Shown here: one piece after another, positions 22,556 to 35,828 of the stretch
Position numbering within the stretch: the first letter of the stretch is position 1
How the letters are laid out: each line of letters begins with the position of its first letter
DNA from: Amphiscolops sp. MND2022
Taxonomy: Eukaryota
Direction of reading: 5' to 3'
Length of the DNA: 64,000 nucleotides
NCBI GenBank assembly: GCA_964187785.1
Contig: OZ076419.1
Location: forward strand, 35,712,001-35,776,000
Position numbers and translations under genes: made by a program
Notes under the pieces: generated by a model
The model's input: the letters and a program-made list of their open reading frames with translations, nothing else
Told to the model about the DNA's origin: nothing
Databases searched by the model: none

Positions 22556-25500
22556 ATGGATTCAATTGCAGGAAGTGAACCGCGCGAAACTATTCCTTTC
22601 TATTTAGCAAAAGGGGCAAACACCCAACCAGCCCAAACGTCAACTGGAAATAATGAGATTGGTGCCATCCCCGAAGCCGTAAATTCCAATGCAGCTCAGG
22701 AGACTGCTGGTACTAATCCCGTAGTAGGTATATCAACAAGTACACAACTGCCTTTACCCCAAACATCTTCTCACGAGTTACTCCCCTCTGGTATTGAGAT
22801 CATCGAGGATATTTCTTCTCAGTCGTCCTCAGGTCATGAGTGTTCTGGGAGGTCCAGTGTAGACCTTCCCACCACTAGAGACCTTGCGTCGCAGCTACCA
22901 CAATCACCAGACCATTCTTCCTCTCTGATCAAAATGTTAGCTTCGGACAATAAAAGTTCAGGAGAAAGTGTCCAAGCTTACTTTTCTTGACAAATCAAAA
23001 GCAGAGAAGGTGAGGAAACGAGCGGAAGTACCATTAGGGGAACTTTGCCCCCCATAAAGGAAAGTGAATGCAGTCCAATTACCACTACTCCTGTCAGTAA
23101 CCTCGCACAGAGAGAGTCCTACTGAAGTGGGTCTCACCAACGTGACCTTCCTTGACCACTACCACAATCCCTTCACACAGATGAATTGGTCAGAACCGAA
23201 GGGCCAACCAAAGACCCAGAATCAGAAAAGCCTCCACGTCATGCACTCGACTCCAAACTGAAGTTCGTTCCCAGTCCACCCTTCACGCAGGATGTGATCC
23301 GAACTGGCGAGTCACTGATGAGATGGAACAGGAACCCTGTACAGGACAGTTAGCTGCCTTCAGCAGTTCTGAGTTTGGGATTGAGACTGACGCCGAATCA
23401 GCGACCAATCCTGCCGGCTCTACTATCGGCCAGGCCATGAACGTGCAGTCTCGAGAGTCTTTACTGGAAGCAGGAGATTCTGCTAGCGCCTTCATACCAG
23501 TCGGTCTCCCCAGCACCTCCAGAAGTTCCAAGTTCCTTGCTTGGGCCTAGTAGTGGCGCTCTCAACAAGGAGTTTTTCTCCAATGCTGAACAGTCCGATT
23601 TCCCCAAAAGCCACCCGACCATTGCCTTCACTGAGGACCAGATCAGTACTGTCCTTAAGGTTGTGGCGGAAGAGACTATCAGGACATTCTGTGACATGAT
23701 GGAGAAGCTCATCCAAAAAGCCAGTGAGTTAAACCTGGGAGTAGGTCCTGGCCGCAACTTTCCTCCTGAGAATTCGACAGTCCATGGGACCCAAAGGTCA
23801 GGAAGTCTGACGTCAGGCCGACACAGTGATACCCGCGGAGCAATCCACAGCGATGATGACTTTTCCAGCATAGGATACTCCTATGAAAATGCAGAGTCGG
23901 AGAGAATTAGTGCACCACCTAGAGCTGGGGTTGAAGCAACATGCAGCTATAAGGTCCACCAGTCCAACACGGATACTTACGATGTTGACAGACCGGGGGG
24001 ACAAATACTAGCTTCTTCAAAGGCTGAGGCGATCAATGACCGTAGCAAGCGTACGCATAATCGTCAAGGACGCTTTTCCACAAGTTCCAGAGGGAGAGGG
24101 ACCAGGCGCACTGTCACGAGATCATGCAAGATATTGAAGGTTGAGTATTTCAAAGGGATGGAGTGGACCCGTACCTTTGTCTCTGGACCAGTAGACCCAC
24201 TGTGGAATCCTTACAAATTCTAGTGCCAGATATGTAAGGCCAACAACTCGATATAAGGAAAAGGAGCCCGTGAAACTGCGCCACAACTCCACAGAGAAAC
24301 ACCTCAGAAAAGACCAAAAGTGGAGGTACGAATACTTGTACAGAGTTGACCCTGTTACTCGTGCCAAAATCCATCAGGTCCGAAGGAGAGATGGGAAACT
24401 GCTGACGCCGTATCAGTTGGAAATGAAATTGCTCAAATTCATTGGTCGAAATCGGGCAGAAGTTGCCGTTTTATGATGAATATGTGGCCGGCGTGGACTA
24501 CATGTCTTCATCATCAGACAATCGTGCCAAGATCCAGCTCTCCATATTAGCCAAGTTCCTTCCGAGAAGTGGTGACTTGGAGCTCTTGAAGTCTTTCTGG
24601 AGCGACATCGGGGTTGTCGTGAATCACCAAACTCTTTTCACCGACGTCAATTGGGGAAGAGAAAGACGCAGCGTTAGTTTAAAATTACTTCCTTATTTAT
24701 CCAATTCATATTTAAGCGACTAGTATCCATAAAACAGTAGATGTTGTTCTAACGCTAAGATCAGCTCTGTCGTGTTTTCCTCAAGAGGACCAGAGGACCA
24801 GCCGTCTACAGGGCCAGGCAAGTGCTGAAGTGTGTCTCCTATCCTACCTTATGGGAGCATTTTCACCTAAACCTAGTTTAATCAGCTGCACTGGTTGTAG
24901 TGTCCGCACGGTACAATTGCTCGATCAAAGCCCGTATAGCAGTTTCAGCATCCAAAGTCCACCTTTGTCAATCTGAAGTCAATCTGTCACAACTAATGCA
25001 CAAAAAGAGTAACAGTGTAATTGACCGGATATATTTCTTCTCCGTGGTGAAATTTGTAGTAGTTTTACTGGGAGGTTGTGTCGAGCTGGATTGGGTTCTT
25101 CTTTCTCCTGAGCTATCCAAGGTACGTTGTATCCTCTTTATCTCTTCTATATTCTACGTATTTAGTCCCACCTGGGAAGATTCCAGTCCACTTTTACATT
25201 ATTCGAGCATTTCCACCTCTAAGGCTCTGTTGTATCCCAGTAGACCTGTGGCCCGCTACCATGAATTCCATCTGGTAATTGTCATATCCATGGTACTTGA
25301 TCATTGAATTCGTTCAGGCCACGAGGTCTTGCCAACATGATGTTAGTGGGCTGCCGGCGCTTTGTCAAGAATTGACCGATAAATGGGCTGAAGTTTGAGT
25401 ATTCTTAGCAAGTATGCACCTACCCAGCAGATGCAAGGAGTCCGTAAAAAGGTAATTCTTACATCTTGTGTTTAGTTTGTTGTACCTTGGGGCTAGTCCA

Positions 25501-26450
25501 GTTCAAATTCCCCAATAATCTCAGCCGCAGAATCTGGAACGGTCGATCGTACATGACAACTTGTTTCTTAGCCGACTGGAGTTGTTTCAGCGCCGTGTCC
25601 GGGACTGTAAGTGGTGTTCTTGTGAACTAGCAAGTATATCATACTAGTGGATAGTCTAATCATTTTTTTCTTTAGATACAGGAGGGAAATTTCATTGTAA
25701 ACCTCAAATCACGACGAGATCGTGGTTTCCACGTCTACAAGGAGTTTTGCCAATTCCTGCTCAAGCTCGGATCCAGGTATGTACGGGCTAACAGTCTTCC
25801 CGCTGATGACAATTACCACGGGATTCTCAGTCTGTCATTTCCCGATGCCAAGGCCCTGACTATTGGAAATTTTATCACTCGTTCAAAACTGGGAACTCGG
25901 CTCAGTACTTGTTGTAGGCGAAAGGCTGAGAAAGAACTGGACGAAGAGCAGAACAAGTCTCTCAGTCTGGATGAACTTACTGCTAATAATCGAGAGGAGT
26001 TTGGGTGGTCTGCCAGAGGGTATGTGGCCGATTTACTCAAGACGACTCAAGGGCTCATCTGATTTACGTCTGATATCGTAAAAGGCTTAGGGTCCTTTGA
26101 CCTTGAGATTATGCTGGTTGACCCAATAAAGCAAGCAACTTATTGTTTGAAGCAGCTGTTTACCAGTTTTCGACTACGCGGGATCTTTCAGGATGACGAG
26201 GAGACCCTTTACTTAAAAGAGTATCTCCCATTTATTGACGCCTTGCGTCGTTCACACCCTGATGTCCAGCAACTTAAATTGCTTATCGTGGATGCCGTGG
26301 AGTTTATCACCAGACAAGATGCAATGAAGTCACGGCGATACTTGAACCGAATCTTTCGTCTCCGTTGTCTCTGTCTTGACGAGCCTCAGTTCTCATTTCC
26401 AGCAGTGAGATTCGGTTCTGTGAATACCGATGACGCAACTTGGTCACTAG
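22556..26450 (+). pseudogene. Antisense cargo gene of element B (homolog of 8047-12045), 3'-truncated
   Basis: HPTIAFTEDQISTVLKVVAEETI ~ HATVAFSENQVHTILRTIADESV; FKGMEWTRTFVSGPVDP ~ FKGIQWTRTFVSGPLDP; CQICKAN..KGARE.LRH.STEKH (24224-24303); IFRLRCLCL ~ LFRLSCLCL. Confidence 0.8.
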
Positions 26451-26558
26451 GTGTGCTTGGTCATTATATCAATAATAACCTTTGCCGTATTTGTGGCCGA
26501 AGCGTCTGTAACTGGGTAAGCAAAAAGGTATCTTGAAAATACGTCCATTGCGGTTGTT
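26451..26558 (-). pseudogene. Integrase core fragment of element B left of the nested transposon
   Basis: Reads TAMDVFSRYLFAYPVTDASATNTAKVIIDIMTKHT, continuing GGYENI from 31301+. Confidence 0.85.
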
Positions 26559-27102
26559 CAGTACGACGCATAACCCTACACTTTTTGTGCAGCTCAAAGT
26601 TGAGCCGCTTGAGCAGTGGAATCCTGGGCCAAGCTTTAAAACATACCAACCGCAAAGAGCGAAATTCGCCGCGTGGAATTCAGGGACTAATACCGCAGTG
26701 TATAATTTCTCGCAATTTCAGTTGACGGTAAGGCAAAATCGCGGAATCCGCTGCATTGATCAGCTCGAAATCGTGGAATCCGCTGCTTACAGCGGATTCC
26801 GGGGCAGTGACAGCGGAATCCGGACCAGTACCAGCGGAATGCGGGGCAGTGACAGCGGATTCCGAAGACTAATGCGTGCAAGTATTAAAATGTTTGTTTT
26901 GTGAAGCGGAATCCACTGACAGCTCTGCGTGACATCTGTTTCAAGTTGTATGACAACGGAATCCGCAGATGAGTGCGGGCTAGTATAAAGCTTGCTGTAT
27001 ACATTTATTATTGTGTTTAATAGGGCGTATACAGTTTCTGGGATTAGGATAAGCAAGTCTCCTTGATGTATTATAGGCCTTCATGAATGGGATCCACTGT
27101 TG

Positions 27103-27220
27103 TCTCTGGGATTAAGATTACTGTCTCCATTATGTATTCTAGTATGGTCTCTGGGATTAAAATTACTGTATCCATTTTGTATTCTACTATGGTCTCTGGG
27201 ATTAAGAATACTGAGACAAA
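27103..27220 (+). repeat. 45-bp tandem repeat with further degenerate copies to ~27730
   Basis: TCTCTGGGATTAA starts at 27103, 27148 and 27193. Confidence 0.75.
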
Positions 27221-29154
27221 TTAAAATCTGTATCATATCTCTGTATTGCTCGTAATGTACTACTGTATTTTGTGTTTAATTGGGTGTGTTTTAATCTAGT
27301 TCTATGATAAGAAACAATTTCATTGAATTCAAACTTTACTCTAACTATTTTGTACTATCTTTTTGGTGAACAATTCTTCATCTGCACTAAATTGGCAGGT
27401 ATTAATAAACGAGCATCAATGAGACAATACAACTATGAAATAAAAGCCGACTAATTAATATACATTGTCTGAAACCTCTACAGGGTGTATTCAGTTTCTG
27501 TCTTTAAGATAATTGTGTCTCCCTGATGTATTATTGGCCTGAATGTAATCTACTAATGCCTCTTGGATTAGGATTTCTGTTTCCATTATGTATTTATTAT
27601 AGGCCTACATGCTATTAATACAACATGTATACAACTTTTGTCTCAGGGATTGAAATTACTGTCTCCATTATGTAATATAGGCCTACATGCTACTAAAACT
27701 ACATGTACTCTACTACTTTCTCTTGGATTAAGATAGATGGTCTTGATTCTAAACTTGATTTAATATTTGATGCTAGCATACAATATATAATACACACAAT
27801 ACAAACAGTACATACATGAATATGTAATCTTCTCAAAGTAACCTAAATTTAGAGTCCCTCATTGTGTTTAGAGTTGACATTGAGGATTTCCCGATATTTT
27901 TCTTCGTTTCGGAAGCGTCCTTCACACGAGTTTATCTGAACCTTAATGGTTCGGAAGAGAAAGTCTTGGGATTCAGAGAATCGGATTGCTCTGATGAGGG
28001 TGTCCAGCGACTCTTCTCCGTCTCCTGGCAAGATGTCCCACCGCTCTCCAAAGAGTGAGTCCCACGAGCGATGGCAACCGCGAAGTCCAGTTTCAAAATG
28101 AGCAGCAAACCTGACCTAAACATTAAAATGAACTCAAAAAACTATCATCTTGTATTGTTTCATTGCTCTCAGTTAAAAAATACCTAATGATTTCCTTAAT
28201 TGACTAATTTTGTTTTCAAATTGAGTCCAGTTTCAATATGAGCAGCAAATCTGACCTAAACAATAACATGAACTCAAAAAATGATCATCTTGAATTGTTT
28301 CATTGCTCTAAGTTAACAATTACTTAATGATCTTCTTAATTGACCAATTTAATTTTGAAATACGTACATTATCCCGCGCTGAGTCTGCTTCGAATCCAAC
28401 ACATCGCCTGGTGAAAGTTGTAGCGGGGCACACATTGAAACTCGCAGAATGTTTTTTTCGACAAAGGCCTATGGCCCGCTTGATGGCAGAAAATACAGCA
28501 TATGCTCGATCAATGGGGCAAACCATGCTGTCTAGACTCACGGGGTCCAATGTTGTGTAATTGTCTTCCAGGAGCCTTACTGAAGACGCTGGAATTCTGC
28601 TAGTGAAGTCTGCATTTTCATCCCATGTTAAACTGACAAATGCTTTCTTCCTTGAAATGACGTACTCCAGCATTTCAATTGTGCATGTGTATCCTCCTCG
28701 GTCTAACGCCTTGTTCCCTTTAACAAGAATGCCGTGTTTGCACGGAGCTGTAATGGGTTAGACGACAGATAGAACCCTTCGAGCAACTACGTTTCGATTA
28801 CGGCGATAAGACAGCCCAAGAACTTTTCACCGAAGAACTCTTTGCTTGTAGAACTGCCATTTTATACATTCTATTTTGGATCTTTCAGTAACCTAGTCAA
28901 GTGTTCGTTCAGCTAAAACCTACTCGTTTTAAATTCTGTTTTGAGTTAAATATAGAGATACAAATAATTATCTTAGATACAGAGATTCCCTTAAATGAGC
29001 CCGGCCCTGTTCTGAATACAGAGATATATATCGTATACGGAGACTAAATCTTGTCCCATGGTATTTTAAATCTTATCCTTAATACATAGGCAAATATATA
29101 TCTTAATTACAGAGATTCCCCTAAATGAGCCCGGTCTCGTTATAAATGCAGATA

Positions 29155-29451
29155 CCGTATATTCCGGCGAATAAGCCCCCCTCCGTATACTATACGGAGG
29201 GCTTAGTAAGCCCCCTCCCCAATTTTGAAAAAGAAGTTTTTGATTTATGGTATGTTCGTCATATATCGAGAAAAATAAAAGAAAATAAAAGTTCAATAAG
29301 TGTAAACTGAATGAAGTTTCTTGGTATAAATTCATTTTTCAATTATACTAAAATCGGAGTTTCATTTCATTACTAAAATCTGTCATTTCTAGCTCTGAAA
29401 TTTCTTCAAAAAGAAAAAATAAAAAAGGGGTTTATTTGCCGGAATATACGG
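29155..29451. mobile_element. 297-bp Tc1/mariner/pogo-type MITE
   Basis: TIR CCGTATATTCCGGCGAATAAGCCCC / GGGGTTTATTTGCCGGAATATACGG, flanked by TA on both sides. Confidence 0.82.
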
Positions 29452-30497
29452 TATATTTGAATATTATATATTATTTATATTTATATATTTTTATCTTTTA
29501 CAGAGATTCCCTCAAATAATCCTGACAATTAGGTTGAAGAGTATAAATGTTACTTACCTTGATTTAGAATCAAAACTTTTTGAAGAAGACTAAATAGGAA
29601 GAATATGTAAGAGGTAAGAAGACTTCGAGAATTCTTCAGCTAAGACTTGCTTATCAATTGTGGATCTTCAAATGAGAGGTATTCAGTAGAAGCAGGCTGG
29701 TCAACTTGTTTTGGAGTAACTAATCACACACTGACAAAACGGTTTGTTTATTTTACTCTGTAATCGAACAATTCCAGTCACGTGACCAATGCATCGTTCT
29801 CTCAAACACAGAGAAGAGTGAGATTGGCGCCAGCTCGTTTATGACGGTCGGCGCGTTGCTATAGTTACCGACACATTAATTTAGCAAAAATTATGAAGTT
29901 AATATTGATGACTGTGATTAATTCTCTCTGAAACTCTAAACTCTTCAAAAACAATTATCACTCATGATTATCAAAACGAATTAGCTGACCGATAAATTTA
30001 ATTAATAACACAACAAGGAATAATTCCTTTTTTCAACAATTTTTTTAAAACCTTTATTTAATTTATGACAATCAATTTTAGATATAGTGTCAAGTATTTC
30101 CACATTCCTCATTATTGAACAATGTTATTTTCAGACAATGTTTGTTTTATTCGTCAAACTGGTAAAAAAAAGTCTTGAGCTATCAAAACTTCTGACCTAA
30201 TGACTTCTGAAGTTAATATTGATGACATTTTCACAAATCAATACAAACAGTGCATTCTCTTAAACACAGAAGTGGTAAATTGTTTTTACAAAGTTCGGAC
30301 AAAATGCAATTTTGACAACTGAATTTTGACTAAAATTGGCTCTTTTCTTCGTTCACAATTCAAGCATACAGAATCTTAATTACAACACATTTGACACAAT
30401 CTAATTGTTACAAAAATTTAGCACAAATGATGAAGTAATGATAACATTCTTACAAATCAATACTATAATTAATATAATTAAATATTACTTTACAAAA

Positions 30498-30600
30498 TCT
30501 TTAAATCACTAGATCAATTGACAAATGCTGAACCAGGTTCGCATCTACAAATTCTTTAAATCACTAGATCAATTGACATATGCTGAACCAGGTTCGCATA
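30498..30600 (+). repeat. 55-bp tandem duplication
   Basis: TCTTTAAATCACTAGATCAATTGACA.ATGCTGAACCAGGTTCGCAT twice (30498, 30553). Confidence 0.8.
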
Positions 30601-31300
30601 GTTTTGAATGCGTTTGATATGCAGATTGAACAATTTGACTAAAATTGATTCAACTAAAAATTATTAAGTTTGAAATACCTAATTAATTAAAACATTTAAA
30701 TAGGCCAAAACCAAATTATGTGTGTCATTCATTGAAGTGTCCTTGATGTGTGCTGATGGGCGATGAACCAGAAGGAATACAAATGGTCCTAAAACATAAA
30801 TATTGTAAGTGCTGAATAAACAAGGTGTGGTACATATTTCGCGATATCTTGCAGTGGAATCCACTGTTAAAAACAGCAGCTGTCAAAAACTGCGGAATTC
30901 GCTTGCACAACAGCGGAATCCACTGGTGCTGTTGCGGAATCCGCTGTCGCAGCAGTGGATTCCACTGTTTTTTCCTCTACATTACGAACGCTTGTCCTTG
31001 GAATCCGCTGTTTGTATGCTGTGTAATATTATGTGACCCCGGATTCCGGTACAGCGACTGCGGAATCCACTGTTGTCTAATATAATAATATATGCCTCTG
31101 AATTCCACCAAAAAGTCAATGTAAAGAGATTTGTCCCCGGAATCCAGAAAAAATCGCAAGCGGAATCCGCTGCACATGTTATAAAGTGTGTCTTTGAAAT
31201 CCGTCATTTTAAACAGCGGATTCCAGGTCTGGTAGGTGCTACCTGCGGTTAGCAGTCAATTCTGCAGTTTTTAAAAAGTGTAGGGATATGCGTCGTAATG

Positions 31301-34212
31301 TTATGTTTTCATATCCTCCACTCGCGGGTAGGGTTGGCAACAAATCAATTTGCATTGAGTCCTCTGGACCTAAGTCCCATTCGGGCAAGTTAAACAAATC
31401 AGGCGTGATGGATGAGTTTGGGATTCTTTTGTCCTTTATACAAATATCGCAACCTTGAACTCATTTTTTAACTATTTTTGCAATGCCAAGATAATAATAA
31501 TTTTGTCGAATTTCGATGAGCATCTTGGATATTCCTGGATGTTTATTTGCTTTTCCGGAAAAGCTAGCGTCAGTCATGTGAGATATTTGTTTGTTCAGTA
31601 AGGTTGATTTGAGTGCCAATTCACAATATCGGTCGAGAGCCTTCTTTATCTCAGTGAATTTTTCCTATAGGTCTGGTGTAACCAGGACTTTTTTGTCTTT
31701 TGTTAGCAATTTGAAAAACGGCGTTAGTTTTTCGGAGAGCCTTGGGATGTAGTTCCGATAGTAGTTGAGGAATCCCGAGTAACGTTTGAGTGCCTTTTTT
31801 GATTTAAGGATTTTCCTATTTTCTAGGAAGTTTGGGACCCGTGGTCTCTGCGGCTTCACTCCAGCAGGAGTGATGGTACGTCCCAGAAAATCAATTTCCG
31901 TCGCGCCAAAAGGGCATTTATGCATCGTAAATTTCAGACCAGCTTGCTGAATGCACTGAAATGTGGCCCTCAGGTTGTTGATAAGTTGTTGTGCGTCATT
32001 GACAGCAAAGCCAATATCATCAACATATTGGGCACCTTGGTCTGGTTAGATGACTTTGTCCAAATTTTCGTGCATGAAACTAGAAAAGGCCAATACTAAA
32101 AGGCTCTACTAAGTCCTTGCGCCAATCTTCTGTATGCGAAGGTTCTGCTGGCGAAATTGAAAGCAAGCATTTCGATGGACCTCAGGTCGGCCATCGGTAA
32201 TCAATGGTATACTAGCGAGCAGTCCAGTTTGCAAAATAGATTTTTACCAGCCATGTGTTCTGCTGCATCTGTGAGTGTACTCACGGGGTGTTTGTTATTT
32301 ATATAATTGTCGGAAATAAGATTATTAACTTTGCGGAAATCGACTAAAAGTCGCAGTTTGCCGTTAGGTTTCTTCTGGGCAAATATTGGGCTTGCGTATT
32401 TGGAGAATGGACGTGTTTTAATTATCCCGTGGCGATGTAGTAGTGCTAATTCTACAAGGATGTTTTCCTTGAGGTTGATTGGTGTTGGTAAACTCTGACT
32501 ATAGGCCGGGGAATCATCTTTTGGTGTCAATTTGACCTTGAAGTCCTCGTTCATGTCTATGTCAAATCGATGTCTTGCAAATATGTCGTGAAATTCGACA
32601 AGTAAGTCCTCTATGCGAGCGATTCCAGCGGGTTGTAGCATAGAGTCTGTGCAGTCAAAATTTGACAAAAACTGTCGTCTTGACACAGGGTTATCCTGAG
32701 GATTGAGTTTCTCTAATTTTTGGAGATGGATTAGTTCGGACAAAATCCTTTGCTGGATTGGCGTGTGATGCCGAGGGTCCCCAGGGTCCTCTGGTGTGGG
32801 AAACCAGTAGTTTTCCTTGAAGTCCTCAGGTTTTGTAGATTCGATCAAGCTACTTGCATAGTAAGCAGCACTCTCACGACTATCATTGCAACAGATGCCA
32901 TGTGGTCACCGGATCTATAGGTTTGACATTATTTATCTGTTCTGGTGTCAGGACAGTGAAAGTGGCTATTTGCGTGCCTCTTTTGAGGGTGTACGGGCTG
33001 TCGGTAAAGCTGTTCAGGCGAATTGATACTTGACCATTGGTCAAAGTGACTAGAGCAGCACAGAGGACAATATCGCCGTCAGCTGTGAGTGTGTTGCTCG
33101 GTTGAAGGATCCGAGTAACTGTAGTATCTTCGTACAGTTGTGAAGCCAGCGGGACCAAGTGTCGGTCATTAGGTGGGATGGTGACATCCTCTCTAATGCA
33201 AATGGGTTCCATGACGTTAGTATATTTGTGGTCTGCAGTGTTTAATTGCATTGAAAAGAAAGGGAAATTCAGGACACCTTGTCTCATGTCCAGAATGGTG
33301 TTGTTCCGTTGGAGGAACGAAAGACCAATCAATGGACTGGTGAGTTTTTCCATAACTATGAATATCTCGTAGAATTCTATGTCGCCGACTTCAAACTTCA
33401 GCTTGACTGTGCCCTTTGGAGTCTCCAGCTGCCCATTAGCAACCATAATTTGGAAGTTGGGTGCCGGGCCCTCTTTGACAAAAGACTGAGAAGCTAATAT
33501 TCGGATTTTACGTAGATCAGCTTCTGGGATTGCACTAGATAGAGCTCCCGTGTCTACAAGGCCATCTAAAGTTAGTTCGCCGAAATCCATCGGAAAATAG
33601 AGTATTCGTCGTTTGTATTTGAGGCCAAGATTGGTCGTCAGCGGCACATAATTGGGTTCGCCAGTTCTGGTGACTACTCGGTTGACAAAACGTGCTGCAA
33701 CTGCTGTAGACAGGGAGACCTGTGGTCCCCCACTTTGAAACTCGGTGTCAGCGCCAGGCTCAGTTAGTTGGCGGGTGAGTTGTTGACGGTGTTGCCATTT
33801 GTCAACTAGGGCGTTCCCAAGGACGGTATTCAGAGCTTGGTCTATTTCGGAAGAATCCGGCTCTACGTCCTGATCTGGTTTGTTCTAATTGTTGTAAAAG
33901 TATAGATGATGTTGATTGTGCAATAAGCTTCCCCGTATGGGTCAAAACCATAGTCAGGGTCAGGGTAATGTGGGAATTAGTCATCAATGAGAGGTATAAG
34001 TCGTATAGTCGGAGTATCGTTTTGTAATCAATTGGACATAGAGTCCAAAGTGGTGGAAAAACTAGGTGGAGTCTTCATCTGCTGCTGCCAGTCAGCTGAT
34101 GATGTTTCTTTAAGAGTTGTATAATACTCAGTGTAATATATATTTGAAGGGTCAGATAATTTTTACTATCTGAAACTGAGTTTTTCATTTAATTGGAGTC
34201 GTGGCAAATCTA
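31301..34212 (-). pseudogene. pol: pol of element B (PR, dUTPase-like, RT, truncated RH, INT N-terminus)
   Basis: LVDTGA in ORF 32883-33647; FCKLDCS in 32201-32848; GAQYVDDIG ~32010-32035; RH cut after TDASFS and fused to NKHPGISKM at ~31555. Confidence 0.92.
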
Positions 34213-35828
34213 GTTTTTTTGAGTTTTTTTGAGATTGATGTCGTTTGTTTATTTTTGCGTCTTTTTGGTTGGCGGACATATCGGCAACGGTGGTGTCCAC
34301 CAGGTTTAAAGTTTTTGGGCTTGAGGTGGTCTCCAGCGCCTTTTCAACACCGTTCCACCGGGTGGTTCATTTTGTCGCAAGTTGAACATTTTGGATATTC
34401 TTTCATGGTATCATGCCCGTCATTTTTTCGGCGTTGTTCCTCCTTTCTTTAGAGTTTTCGGCAGTCATCTTTGACATGCCCGGGTTTTTTGCAATAGTTC
34501 TAGGTGACATTTGGATCAATGCCAGAAGAAAGAAGGCCAGTTCCTGGTCGTGTAGCTGTGGGCATTGTTGGAACTGGAATGTCGTCCCCCTCCTCAAGTC
34601 CATTGAGCTCAAGCTCGCGTTTTAAATGAATGACTAGTTCTTTGTAGGTTGCATTTTCAAGTCTAGCCATATTGACTGAGCTTTTCAGTTTTGGTAGCAA
34701 TTTGGCGTAAAGAAGGCTATCGATCATGGCCTGGGCGTTTTCGCCAAACGCTTTCTCAGCTCCTTGATTGAGTTCCACTAGGAAGTCTGGCGCTTTCATG
34801 GTATTTGGATCAAACACCAACCTGTGCCATTTGTATTTGGCGGTCGCCTGGGACTCGGGCTTGACGTATTTCTGACGAAATACTGCCAAGATGTCTTCCA
34901 AGATTTGACTGTTTGCCATATTTCTCCGATTTGCCCTCAAACGTCAATGTAGTCGTGCTGACTGGGCGTACCATCAGTGTTTGTACTGATGGACGGTTAT
35001 TCATGCCAACTAATACTTCTGCAAGACGGTTGATGGGGTCTGAGGGAGTAGTTTGGATTGCAGGTTCCTGGACTCGGTTCAAAGACGCGTCCACATTAGT
35101 GTTTTGACATTGCATGGGTTCACGGGTGTGCATCAGCCGTCCAGGGGGTAAGGTTGGCTCCTGTCACCATGTCGCAATTTTGTTCGCTATTATAAGAATC
35201 TACTGAACTCTGGCGAGACATTTGTCTGCCTTTTGCCTGCACAAAACACTTCTTTGGGACACTTTTCCCACGTTCTCTGAGGATTTTCTGCTTCGGGGTT
35301 CCGTTGTAGCCCACTGGACCTTTGGTCCTCCTTGGTGGATATAGCCGCCTTTGGGCCAGAATGTGGGTCGGCAAACCCTCGGTCCACCATGGTGAATTTA
35401 GTTCTCCCCTGCATTTCCAACGTATTTTAAACAGAAGGAAGTATCGTACTAGTTTTTGCTGATGTTATTGCATCTTGTATTTGGGAATTCAGACAAGTTT
35501 TGATTTCATTGTGTCTTCTAGACACTTGATTAGAAATTTCCTAAATAATCAACCAGGTCGTTTCAATAGTTATCTCACTGTTTTCTCTACTATTGGTGAG
35601 AAGAGACCTAAGGTCTTCTCCTGATAAATTAGAGTTTCTTTGAGGCCTGCCTGACTCTGAGTCCGAATTAAGTTCATTATCGTTTTGAACATTTTCCTCA
35701 TCGAACATTTTCCTCATCGAGTTTCTCGAGTAACTTCCAAACATTACATCAACACTTTCTACATCAGACATAATGTCTAACTGTCCCGAATGTCTTTCGT
35801 TATCCTTTTGCTTTCTTGTACAAGGCAT
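34210..35828 (-). pseudogene. gag: gag of element B (starts in 5' LTR)
   Basis: ATG 35828 MPCTRKQK; FRQKYVKPESQATAKYKWHRLVFDPN homologous to element A gag; knuckle and AAAAAAC-TAG end. Confidence 0.88.
35157..35169 (-). promoter_or_regulatory. Primer binding site TGGTGACAGGAGC
   Basis: Abuts the LTR end GCGACA; identical to the PBS of element A. Confidence 0.85.

Larger units (their letters stand above)
26559..31300. mobile_element. 4.74-kb DNA transposon (28-bp TIRs, subterminal palindromic repeats), non-autonomous or decayed, superfamily unresolved
   Basis: TIR CAGTACGACGCATAACCCTACACTTTTT vs CATTACGACGCATATCCCTACACTTTTT; removing it restores the integrase frame with a TT duplication; GCGGA(A/T)TCCGC-like motifs cluster at 26740-26970 and 30855-31225. 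Confidence 0.88.

Noticed and set aside
26562-31297. TA-TSD Tc1/mariner reading of the large DNA transposon
   Set aside because: The inverted repeat extends 3 bp beyond the TA (CAG/ATG), and the integrase frame is restored only with a TT duplication.
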